64,000 nucleotides of DNA from Mobula hypostoma (Eukaryota), in contig NC_086097.1 in NCBI RefSeq assembly GCF_963921235.1, forward strand, positions 253,458,001 to 253,522,000, written 5' to 3'. Positions 51,192 through 62,959 of this stretch are shown piece after piece. The translations under genes and the position numbers were made by a program. How positions within the stretch are numbered: the stretch's first letter is position 1; each line of letters begins with the position of its first letter. The notes below the pieces were generated by a model. That model saw only the letters and a list, made by a program, of their open reading frames with translations. It was not told the origin of the DNA and ran no database searches.

Positions 51192-54100
51192 CAGTGGCGG
51201 TGCCAGAGATTTTCTCTTGCTGGTGCTACAGTGGGGCTGAATTATTCAGTGATGGTGCTGAGGGATGTACTGTATGGTAATATGTATTTGCAAGGCCAGA
51301 CACGTGGCGTTCAAAAGTCAGGTTCAAGCATTATGTGCCTTCTATAAATGCCTCTGTTGATTCACAAGCAACAGCAATTGATAGATATAATATAGAAGTG
51401 AACTGTGACAGTGTCAACAGCATCAGAGACAACGCGGGCTACACAGAGCATCAACAAACAAACCAACAGAGAATCTGACCCACAGCGCACAACATGAATC
51501 ACGCACAAATCCCGCAATCAGCGTCAAATGCATGCTTTTCAACTGAAAAACACAACACTAACCCACAATGTCAACTGCTATTCGCATTACATAGACAGAC
51601 AATGCCAAAAGGTACATTGTTATTAAAGTCAAATAAGGCAAACAACAGATGCAAGGTTTTACCAGGAGTTGGACAAATCATACTCTGACCATGCAATACC
51701 TTAATTAATTCGGCTACTGAATTTAAAACAAAAGTCAACAGAATCACCGCTTGGAAGTCTAAGCAAAACTAATAGGCTTAATAGCAGTAAATGTAATAGT
51801 TTAGGATTTGCAGGAAACATAAGGACTATGGGGTATCCACCACAAAATAATAATAATCAGCATTAGTCTTGGCCCAAATTTTTTAAAAAATCAACTGCCC
51901 TCACCATTTGTTGTTTTCAGAGAAGCACAATCCGTCTGTTGTGATTGGTGGTGAAAGCATCAATGATTTTCTGATGTCCAGTGCCTTGGTTCTCCGGCTG
52001 TTTATAGAAACATAGAAACACAGAAAATTGGTGCAGGAGTAGGCCATTCGGCCCTTTGCGCCTGCACCGCCATTCAGTATATTCATGGCTGATCATCCAA
52101 CTCAGAACCCTGCACCAGCCTTCCCTCCATACCCCCTGATCCCTTTAGCCACAAGGGCCATATCTAACTCCTTCTTAAATATAGCTAATGAACTGGCCTC
52201 AACTGTTTCCTGTGGCAGAGAATTCCACAGATTCACCACTCTCTGTGTGAAGAAGTTTTTCCTAATCTCGGTCCTAAAAGGCTTCCCCTTTATCCTCAAA
52301 CTGTGACCCCTCGTTCTGGACTTCCCCAACATCGGGAACAATCTTCCTGCATCTAGCCTGTCCAATCCCTTTAGGATTTTATACATTTCAATCAGATCAA
52401 CCCTCAATCTTCTAAATTCCAATGAGTATAAGCCTAGGTCATCCAGTCTTTCATCATCTGAAAGTCCTGCCATCCCAGGAATCAGTCTGGTGAACCTTCG
52501 TTGTACTCCCTCTATGGCAAGGATGTCTTTCATCAGATTAGGGGACCAAAAGTGCACACAATACTCCAAGTGTGGTCTCACCAAGGCCTTGTACAACTGC
52601 AGTAGTACCTCCCTGCTCCTGTACTTGAATCCTCTTGCTATAAATGCCAGCATACCATTCGCCTTTTTCACCGCCTGCTGTACCTGCATGCCCACTTTCA
52701 ATGACTGGTGTATAATGACACCCAGGTCTCATTGCACCTCCCCTTTTCCTAATTGGCCACCATTCAGGTAATAATCTGTTTTCCTGTTTTTGCCACCAAA
52801 GTGGATAACTTCACATTTATCCACATTAAATTCCATCTGCCATGAATTTGCCCACTCATCTAACCTATCCAAGTCACCCTGCATCCTCTTAGCATCCTCC
52901 TCACAGCTAACACTGCCGCCCAGCTTCGTGTCATCCGTAAACTTGGAGATGCTGCATTTAATTCCATCATCCAAGTCATTAATATATATTGTAAACAACT
53001 GGGGTCCCAGCACTGAGCCTTGCGGTACCCCACTAGTCACTGCCTGCCATTCTGAAAAGGTCCCGTTTATTCCCACGCTTTGCTTCCTGTCTGCCAACCA
53101 ATTCTCTATCCACATCAATACCATACCCCCAATACCGTGTGCTTTAAGTTTGCACACTAATCTCCTGTGTGGGACCTTGTCAAAAGCCTTTTGAAAATCC
53201 AAATATACCACATCCACTGGTTCTCCCCTATCCACTCTACTAGTTACATCCTCAAAAAATTCTATGAGATTCGTCAGACATGATTTTCCTTTCACAAATT
53301 CATGCTGACTTTGTCCGATGATTTCACTGCTTTCCAAATGTGCTGTTATCACATCTTTGATAACTGACTCTAGCATTTTCCCCACCACCGACGTTAGGCT
53401 AACCGGTCTATAATTCCCCGGTTTCTCTCTTCCTCCTTTTTTAAAAAGTGGGGTTACATTTATGGCCAACAGGGCCAAGTTGCTGTTCCGAGCATCACCG
53501 CTGCTATTCCTTAGGTAGTTTTTTCAGAACACCCCCAGACTCAATTAAGAACCGTCTTTTCATTTCAGTCATAAGTCTGTCTATAACCGGATAGAAACAG
53601 TGCTTGCGAAGGTCATCAGAGGATGTGACAGGTGTGCGTTCAGTTTGGGCCTCAACAACAAAATCATGTGGGCGGCGGGGTGGCTGGGCCTGTCTCCTTT
53701 CATGTGATCTGCTCCGTATACCGGCCTCGCCGCACAGGTCCCTAGCTCTTGCCTGAATTTCACTCCTTGATTCCTCTCCCCGTTTTGCTGAGAGTGCATC
53801 GATAACAGACTGAGCCAAGTCCACAGCGGATGAAAGCTCCAAGCTGGGAGACTGTAGCTGGTCTGACATGAACTTGGTGACTCGGAATAAATCTTCAAAC
53901 AGAGTGAGAAGTAAAGCAAACTATTCATTAATCAGTTCATTTACAGCTCTGGCCTCTGTTTTCCTCCGTGCATTTGGTTGCCCCATAATATCCTCTAGTG
54001 TAGCTAGAATGGCAGGGAGTGATTTCTTTATAGCCCACAAAGCTGTATACTGCCATGCCCAGCGTGTATCTGACAATTTCTTCAACTCCACGGGCTGTGC

Positions 54101-55903
54101 AGTTGATTCAAGTTCTTCTGTTTCTTCATGAAAAGATCGTGGGCAACAGAGTTTGAAAAGAAGTAGTTTAGCAGCTGCACAGTTTCAAAAAACTCACCCG
54201 CTTGTTGTACATTGCTCACAACATCCACTAAAACAAGGTTAAGTCTGTGAGCATGGCAGTGTGTATATAATGCCTGCGGAACCTCTTTCCTGAACCTCTC
54301 TTGTACCTTGGTATTGCACCCGGGCATCACTGCCGCCCCGTCATAACACTGACCCATACACGAGTTCTTATCAATAACACACTGGGCGAGTGTCTGTTCA
54401 ATGCTTTTAAGAAGCCACTCTGTGTCCAACCCTTCTGCTGGAGTGAAGTGCAAGAATTCTTCAAGCACTGTTTCGTTATTCAAATACCGCACCACCACTG
54501 ATATTTGCTGCTTTTTACTCAAGTCTTTACTTTCATCCACCATGATGGCAAAATGTCCAGCCTCCTCGATTTCTGCTCTTATTTGACGTATGACCATATC
54601 TGCCATAATACCCATAATTTCATTTTGGATATCGTGATGGGTGTTTTTCACATTTCCAGGATTGTCTCTATTTTTTTAGCTACAGTCTTATCAAACTGTC
54701 CAATTACACCGAGCAACTCAACAATGTTTCCCCTATTGCCAGATCCATCATTCTCCCGGTGTCCTCGCTGGGCAATGCCTTGGCACGCAATATAGCGTAG
54801 AGACTCAACCACCGCTCTCATATATTCACGATTTTCTTGGACAATCTTTGCATGTCCTTTATCAAGCATATTTCCCAATCTTGAACCATCTTGTTTTCTC
54901 AATCTGAACTCGGCCTGTGCCTCCATCGCAAACTTATGAGCTGCACTTACATGGTGGGTTTTGAAAGCTGTTGTAGCTTTCCGCCAGTTGCGGTAACCGG
55001 TGACAGTGAAGGTAGACTCAGAATGGAACCCATGTCCTCCACACAGGAAATGCCTGCATGCGAAGCAGAATGTAGCATCTTTTGTGATCGAATATTCCAG
55101 CCAGGAGTACAGGTCAAACCAGCCATGAATAAAACTCCTTTGCTGATTGCCAAACTTGTTGTGAGCAGTGAAGGGTACTTTCTCAATGCTGGCCAACGGG
55201 GTCCTTCCTCAGGCTGCTGGCTGACATCACTAACAGTATTCCCACTCTCACTAAGAGCAGCTTCATCCACGTTCTCTTCCGAATCCCGCTCCGTTTCGAT
55301 GAACTGCTGTCGTCCTCATCCCCACTTACTCCTTTCTGCATGTCACTTTCAATTAAGACATGCTCAGGCTGAGATCACTGATTTTTCTGGATGAGGTCGT
55401 TTTCTCACTAAAAATCGATCAATTTTTCACGCCGGCCAAAATAATGCACGTGCCAGGCCCACGCTCGCTTGTAAAAGCACAATGTGTGCGCGTGTGTGGC
55501 ATCCGTTAGTCTCGCGAGACTACGGATCTGCGCCTGGATGTATACTATCAATCTCTCGCGTGAGTGAGAGTGAGTGACATCACCACCTTAAGTGATCTCA
55601 GATCAGCTTAACTGATCTGAGGACAGCAACGACAAGACATTGACAACGAACGAATAAGCAGAAGTGTAGAGTGGATCTGACCTTAGACCAGCACAGAGTT
55701 TATAACTTTATTGCTGCGTGGGTGCTATGGTAATTGGGGGTGATGTTTCACTAGATCAACTGCAGAAACAAGCTGCATTCAAAACTATACAGAGAAAGCA
55801 GCTGTAATTTGTATGTCAAATTTCAGTTAATTTCTTGGTGGTGCTGTGGTGGTGCTATTGTAATTTCTGCTGGTGCTATAGCACCACCTCAGCACCGCTG
55901 CTG
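51192..55903 (-). mobile_element. hAT DNA transposon with a pseudogenised ZMYM1/ZNF862-like transposase
   Basis: TIRs cagtggcggtgc / gcaccgctgctg; 8-bp TSD CCACAGGC (51184-51191, 55904-55911); TTF finger (WLEYS..FCFAC), QRGHRE, FAIMVDES, QCYDGA and HCHAHRLNL motifs. Confidence 0.93.
52006..53458 (-). mobile_element. Young CR1 inserted into the hAT dimerisation domain
   Basis: ORFs 52729-53478 and 52102-52701 are CR1 RT; TTTAT on both flanks. Confidence 0.92.
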
Positions 55904-56329
55904 CCACAGGCAGCTGTGGAGGCCAAATCTTTATGGCAGAGGTTACTGCAGATAGATCCTCAATTGGTCAGGGCAAGATTGGATATGGGGAGAAGGCAGG
56001 AGATCGGGGCTGAGAGGAAAATTATTTCAGTCATGATGAAATGGTGGAGCAGACCCAATGGGTCAAAATGGCACAATTCCGCTCCTAAATAATATGGTAG
56101 AACACAAAAAGCCTTATAGTAAACCAAGCAACACCAACACAGAAACACACACACACAGTGCTGGAGGAACTCAGCAGGCCAGGTAGCATCTATGGAAAAG
56201 AGTACAGTCGATGTTTCGGGGCGAGACCCTTCTCGGACAGGACAAGAGGGGGAGAGGACCTGGTCTTGTCAATGGTGTTTATCTGAGGTGCTGCTTGAGC
56301 AAGTTTCTCGTGCACACGTGTACTTTCGT

Positions 56330-57520
56330 GTGGAGGCTGGAAATCCGCCGGTCCGGCCTGACGGCGACCTGCAGACCGCGCTGCCGAGCCGCCGTCAATC
56401 ACGGGCCGCCCTCCCCGAAGCGCTCGGCATCGCTGCGCACGCGTCGGCTCCGAGCGGATCCGCTGCCCCGCTTCCATCGCAGAGCCCCGGGCGTGCGGGC
56501 TTGCTCCGGCACAGTTGGGTAAGGGCTGTCCGTGTGTGACCATCTGCGGGGAAGGCAGCGCCCGCCTTCCGCTCTCCGTTCTCTCTCTCGCTGTTTCCTG
56601 TATAAAACGCAAAGTTTTCTGATGCATCTGATCTGATTAATCAGGGGGAAACTGAGATTGCGGAGAAAGGAAGAAGTCCGCGGAAGAATATTCTCCGAAG
56701 AAGGAGCCTGGGAGGTATAGCGTTGCCAAGGACCGAGGTGGTGCGCTGTGTTAGCGGGAGGGAGGCGAGGTGAAGCCCGGCGAGTCGGATCCCTGTAGCC
56801 CGTGTGGCACCCGGAGAGCGGCGGCGGCGGCGGCACGATGAACGGCTGGATCCTGCTCACTCTGGGACTCTGTACGCTGGCTAACGGCGAGCTGGTAAGT
56901 GGCCGGTTGACTAAATCCCTGGATCGGACAGGAGAGGATAAGGGCAAACGAGCGCTGGCACTGAGTGTCCACGCTCGCTGAAATGGTCATCTGTCTCTTA
57001 CCAAATCCATTTACACCCCAGTATAAACTTATTGCCCCCACTGCATCTCCTTACTCTGGCCGTGTGCCTGGAGATTTGAGTTGTTTCTGATTTATTTTCT
57101 AGGAGGCTTCTTTCTGTCCCGTCCGGGGTGGCAGGCGCAGGCTAATGTGTGTTCGGAGTATGCGGGAATGTGGCGCTCTTTAATCCCGGGCAGTCTGGCC
57201 TGGGGCAGTGCGAAGGAGAAAGCGGCGCTTCATTCCCCCAACTCCTCCACTCGCCCCCTCGCCCCCTCGCCCCCTCAGCCCTCGCTGCCCTCGCTGCCGG
57301 CCGAGGGGGAGCTGGACAAGTCAGCAACTAAGAGATGCAGAGACAAGTTTCTAACTAAAGTTACGGTGTGTGTGAATGTGTGTGTGTATGTGAAAAAACA
57401 CGAACGAACGAACACAGGTGGGATGTTTAGTGGACTGACTACCCGAGTCCATTAGATGGCGCGGGAGGTTTTTAATATTTCTCGCTTTTGTACGTAAATC
57501 GCACGGTTCGTTCATGGCGC
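56330..57520 (+). promoter_or_regulatory. SDC2: CpG island / SDC2 promoter, with TATAAAA at 56601-56607 and a (GCG)n run before the ATG
   Basis: Sharp rise in GC and CpG against a CpG-poor background; TATA about 230 bp upstream of the ATG. Confidence 0.85.
56838..56894 (+). CDS. SDC2: Syndecan-2 exon 1 (signal peptide)
   Basis: cggcacgATG...GAG CTG|gtaagt; MNGWILLTLGLCTLANGEL vs human MRRAWILLTLGLVACVSAES; sits in a CpG island; SDC2 neighbours PTDSS1 in human. Confidence 0.9.
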
Positions 57521-58562
57521 AGGGCTGCAGATGTTTAGCACAGCAGCCAGGGGTTTCCAGAGTGGCCGTATCTACTTTCAGATCACTTAATGCCCCTTGA
57601 GTTCGCCACAGAGCTGCTTTAAAATTAACAAAATCAAAGTGGATTTAAGATTAAATTTTGTTTTTTTTGTATGGAAGGAGTATCATTGTTAGTATCTATT
57701 TCCGATGACATTTGCATCATACTGTATTCTCTCACAAAACTCTTCAGTGTCGTTATACTTCATCTGTAATTTTAAAAAAATCTGCGGTTTGTCAGTGGAT
57801 CTGTGGTAATGAGAAGCGCGGCTCCTAAATGTTTCGCAGAGCGAAGTGCTCAGAGATGAAGGGAATCATTCCGATGACTACAATTCTGATAACCAGTTCA
57901 GAGAGAGCGGGAGATGGACGGGGAGAGAGATGGGAGGGGGAAAGGGAGAGATCGGGGAGAGGAAAAGGGGAGGAGAGGGTGAGAGGAGAGAGAGAGAGAT
58001 ATGGAGATGTCAGCTTTCCAAGAGTGAACTCCAATAAAGTGTACTGATCGAACTCGGTAAAACTTTATGCCCTGAACAATCCCGTTGCGACCTGCTTTGT
58101 ACATGATGGTTTGTTTTGCCGTAAGTAATTGAACGATTGCAAAATTATCGGTACTCCAAATCAACAACCTTGGTTTTCAAAGATAAAAACGAGTTTCTTA
58201 GTATGGTTTGTGCGAGACGTACAGCAGGCGTGCTTCTGATCTGAAAATCTGCATCCCGATTGACACCAGCAGAAGGTCCTTGACCAGACACTAGCTGTGC
58301 GGACTGCGCAAACCGATCTTCACACATGAAGCAGATGGGACCTGTGCTGAAATCCGTAAACGATGGGCTGCACTGCACACAGGAACAAGGCGTGCCTCTC
58401 ACAAAATGCTGGAGGAACTCAGCAGGTCAGGCAGCATCTATGGAAATGAATAAACAGTCGACGTTTCCGCCGAAATGAGAGGGGAAAGAAGCCAGACGCA
58501 GAATTGTTCTGTCTCCAGATGGGCTCAAAACATTCCCCCTTCATAGAGGCTCCCTGACATGA

Positions 58563-59080
58563 AAGACCATAAGACAGAGGAGCGGAGTTAGGCCATTCAG
58601 CCCATCGAGTCTGCTCTGCCATTCCATGGTGGCTGATTTATCATCCCTCTCAACCCCAATCTTCTGCTTTCTCCCTGTAACCTTCCATGCCCTGGCAAAT
58701 CAAGAACCTATCAACCTCACCTTTAAATATACCCAATGACTCGGCCTCCACAGCCAGTTGTGGCAATGAATTCCACAGATTCACCACCCTCTGGCTAAAG
58801 AAGTTCCCCCTCATCTGTGTTCTGGATGGATGTCCCTCCGTTCCGAGGCTGTGTCCTCTGGTCCTAGACTCTCCCACCACAGGAAACATCCTCTCTATGT
58901 CCATCCTGTCTCGGCCTTTCAATATTTGTTGCTCTAAACTCCACCCTTTCATTACCAAAATTATTCTCAGGAACCTCCTCTGGACCCTGTCCAATGCCAG
59001 CACATCCTTTCTTCGATAAGGGGCCCAAAACTGCTGACAATACTCTCAAGTGCGGTCTAACCAATGCCTGATAAAGCTTC
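58563..59080 (-). mobile_element. CR1 3' fragment in SDC2 intron 1
   Basis: GNFFSQRVVNLWNSLP; agaccata tail. Confidence 0.88.
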
Positions 59081-59378
59081 AGGTAACAATATTTATCATC
59101 TCTGACAGAGGTTAAATGTTGAATTCATTTGACATGTACAACTGTTATGACTACATTGTGCATGAAGTACTCATGTTTGCACTTGCCGTCCGCCCAGCCG
59201 TCAGTGCATAGGACACGGGGGCAGAATTGGGCCATTTGGCTCATTGGGTGGGCTTCGCCATTCCTAAATGGCTGATCCATTTCCCTCTCAACCCCATAAC
59301 CATACACTTCATAACACTGTACTGTATTCCATCTGCCACTTCCTTGCCCATTCTCCTGATGAGTCCTTCTGTAGCCTC

Positions 59379-60369
59379 ACTCACAGCACGCTGGAGGAAC
59401 TCAGCAGGCCGGGCAGCATCCGTGGAAACGATGAATCAACCTTTCGGGCTGGAACCCTCCATCAGGACTGAAGAGGGAAGGGGCAGAAATCGAAACCTGA
59501 GCTTAGCCTAATTATGGCAGTAGAGGAGGCCATGTATGGACATATCTGAATGGGAGTGGGAAGCAGAGTTGAAGTGGGTGGCTACTGGGAGATCCTGTCT
59601 GTTTTGGTGGACGGAGCGGAGGTGCTCGACAAAGCGGTCCCCCAATCTGCGTCGGGTTTCACCGATGTAGAGGAGGCCGCACTGGGAGCACCGGATGCAA
59701 TAGGTGACCCCAACAGACTCACAAGTGAAGTGTTGCCTCACCTGGAAGGACTGTTTGGGGCCCTGAATGGGGCAAGAGAGGAGGTGTAGGGACAGGTGTA
59801 GCACTTACGCCTACAGGGATAAGTGCCGGGTGGGAGATCCGTGGAGAGGGACGTGTGGATCAGTCCTCTACTGCCATGATGAGGCTAAACTCAGGATGGA
59901 GGAGCAACACCTCATATACCGTCTAGGTAGTCTCCAACCCCTTGGTATGAACATAGAATTCTCCAACTTCCGGTAATTCCTTCCCCCTCCCTTCCCCTAT
60001 CCCTATGTCACTCCGCCCCCTCCCCCAGCTGCCTATCACCTCCCCCTCATGGTTCCGCCTCCTTCTACTACCCATTGTGTTTTCCCCTATTCCTTCTTCA
60101 CCTTTCCTGCCTATCACCTCCCTGCTTCCCTCCCCCACCCCTTTATCTTTCCCCTTACTGGTTTTTCACCTGGAACCTACCAGCCTTCTCCTTCCCACCC
60201 TCCCCCCACCTTCTTTATAGGGCCTCTACCCCTTCCCCTACAGTCCTGACGAAGGGTTCTGGCCCGAAACATCGACTCGTTTCCACGGATGCTGCCCAAC
60301 CTGCTGAGTTCCTCCAGCGTGTTGTGAGTGTTGCTTTGACCCCAGCATCTGCAGAGTATTTTGTATTTA
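59379..60369. mobile_element. Rearranged Penelope-like insertion with a 13-bp TSD
   Basis: CTTCTGTAGCCTC at 59366-59378 and 60370-60382; GIY-YIG on minus (59512-59860), C-terminus and pLTR on plus. Confidence 0.88.
60242..60277 (+). ncRNA. Minimal type I hammerhead motif; core boxes intact, helix III ACAU
   Basis: agtc CTGACGA a ggg ttctgg ccc GAAA ca TC gact. Confidence 0.65.
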
Positions 60370-62738
60370 CTTCTGTAGCCTCTCTGCTTCCTCAAAACTT
60401 CCTGCCCTTGGCCTATCTTCATATTGTCTACAAACTTTGTAACAAAGCCAGCAATTCCATCATCCAAATCATTAACATACAACGTTAAAAGAGGCACTCC
60501 CAACACCGACCCCTGTGGAACACCACTAGTCACTGGCAGCCAACCAGAAAAGGCTCCCTTTATTCCCATCTGCCTCCTGCTAATCAGCCACTGCTCTAAC
60601 CATGCCAGAATCTTTCCTGTAATACCATGGGCTTGTATTTGCTAAGCAGGATCATGTCCTACTAAACAGCCTAATGTGTGGCACCTTGTCAAAGACCTTC
60701 TGAAAATCCAAGTACAGCATAAACTGAATCTCCTTTGTCTATCCTGCTTGTTATTTCTTCAAAGAATTCTAACAGATTTGTCAGGCAAGATTTTCCGTTA
60801 AGGAAACCATGCTGACCACAACCTACTTTACCATGTGCCTCCAAGTACCCCAAAACCACATCTTTTACAATCGACTCCAACATCTTCCCAACCACTGATG
60901 TCAGATTAAGTGGTCTATAGTTTCCCTTCTTCTAGATCCTTCTCTTTTTAAAGAGTGGAGTGACATTTGCAATTTTCCAGCCATCTGGAATCATTCCAGA
61001 ATCTAGTAATTCCTGAAAGATCGTTACTAATGCCTCCATAATCTCTTGAGCCACCTCATTCAGAACTCTGGGGTGTCATCATCTGGTCCAGGTGACTTAT
61101 CTACATTCAGACCCTTCAATTTCTCAAGAACCTTCTCTCCAGTTGTGGTAACTTCACACACTTCATGCCCCCGATGCCTGGAACTTCCACCATACTGCTA
61201 GCAACTTCCACAGAAAAGACTGATGCAAAACACTTATTCATTCGCCATTTCATTGTCCCCATTACTAGCTCTCCAGCGTCATTTTCCAGTTGTTCAATAT
61301 CTAATCTTACTTCTCTTTTACTCCTTACATACGTGGAAAAAGTTTGACATGCTCTTTATATTTGATCTTTTCCCTTCTTATGGCTCTTTTAGTTGGTCTC
61401 TGTTGGTTTTAAAAGCTTCCCAATTCTCTAACTTTCCACTAGTTTTTGCTGTTTTCCTTTTGCTTTTATGTTGGCTTTGACTTCCCTTTTCAGCCGTGGT
61501 TGACTTTAGAACACTTCTTCATCTTTGGGACATATCTATCCTGTGCCTTCGGAATTGCTTCCAGAAACTCCAGCCATTGCTGCTCTGCCGTCATATCTGC
61601 TTGTGTCCCTTCCCAATTAACTCTGGCCAGCTCCTCCCTCATGCCTCTGTAAATCCCTTTACTGCACTGTAGTACTGATGCATCTGACTTTAGCTTCTCC
61701 TTCTCAAACTGCAGGGTGAATTCTATCGTAGTATCTCTGAAGGGTTTCTTTAGCTTAAGCTCCCTAATCAATTCCAGTTCATTGCACTACATCCACTCCA
61801 GAATAGCTGGTCCCATAGTGGGCTCAAACACAAGCACAAGCTGCATCTCTTTGATGGAGAATGGATGTGAAAGCACAGAGGAACATCTGGAGAAATTTCT
61901 GAAACGCCAGTTCACTGCTGTTGTTACTGTGTGCTCGGGAATCTTTCAGAGGGTAGGCCTCAGAATCTCTGGCCTTGCCTGCTTTTGGCGACCGGGAAGG
62001 AGGTCAAATCATTCGGACAGAGATGGCGCTCAGTACTCGGTGTCGGAGAGCTGATAGAGCTCGAAGTTTTCGGATTGTGGTTGGCATGGCAGGGAGAGTT
62101 TTTCTTCCTTCTCCCGTCTGCGTGAGATGTAGGACATTTGAGAAACTTTGAACTTTACTGTGCTCATGGACTTCTTCATCAAGTTATGGTATTGTTACAC
62201 TGTTGTAACTATATGTATAATTATGTGGTTTTGTCAGTTTTTTCAGTCTTGGTTTGTCCTGTGTTTTGTGATATCACACCGGAGGAAATAATGTATCATT
62301 TCTTAATGCATGCATTACTAAATGACAATAAAAGAGGACTACGTGTCTTCATAATCTAAATCTAAAATCCCAATCTACCTACATATTGAAATCGCCGTGA
62401 CTATTGTAACATTTTCTATCTCCCATTATAATTTGCATCCCATATCCTGGCTGACTGTTTGGAGGCGTGTGTATATAACTCCCATAAGGGTCTTTTTACA
62501 TTTGCAATTTCTTAACTCTACCCCCAAGGATTCTACATTTCTGATCCTATGTCACCTCTCTCTAAGGATTTGATTTCTTTTTTTTACCACACTACCCCCT
62601 CTGCCTGTCTGCCTGTCCTTTGGATACAATGTATATCCTTGGATGTTAAGCTCCCAACTATGATCTTCTTTCAGCCATGAATCAGTGATGGCCACAATGT
62701 CATACCTACCAATCTCTACAACTGTGCTATGAGATCAT
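60370..62738 (-). mobile_element. Degenerate CR1 ORF2 (continues from about 59300), interrupted at about 61845-62365
   Basis: [27 protein letters not shown] and endonuclease remnants. Confidence 0.85.
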
Positions 62739-62959
62739 CAATTCCCACCGCTATCTGTAAGGACTTTGTACGATCTCCCTGTGACCGCGTGAGTTTCATC
62801 CGGGTGCTCTAGGTTTCTCCCACACTCCAGAGATGTACGGATTAGGGTTAGTGAGTTGTGAGCAACAATTTTGAGCTGCCCCCCGGAAAATCCTTGCTGA
62901 TCTGATCTGCTGCAAACAACACATTTCACTGTACGTTGTCATGTTTTGGGGTACGTGTG

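Noticed and set aside
53504..55196. Host ZMYM1/ZNF862-like gene
   Set aside because: Frameshifts, an internal deletion, a CR1 insertion, and flanking TIRs with an 8-bp TSD show it is a dead hAT transposon.
56190..57455. Several 60-182 aa ORFs around the CpG island
   Set aside because: Stop-poor GC-rich sequence with no recognisable domains; the supported coding part is the 57-bp SDC2 exon.
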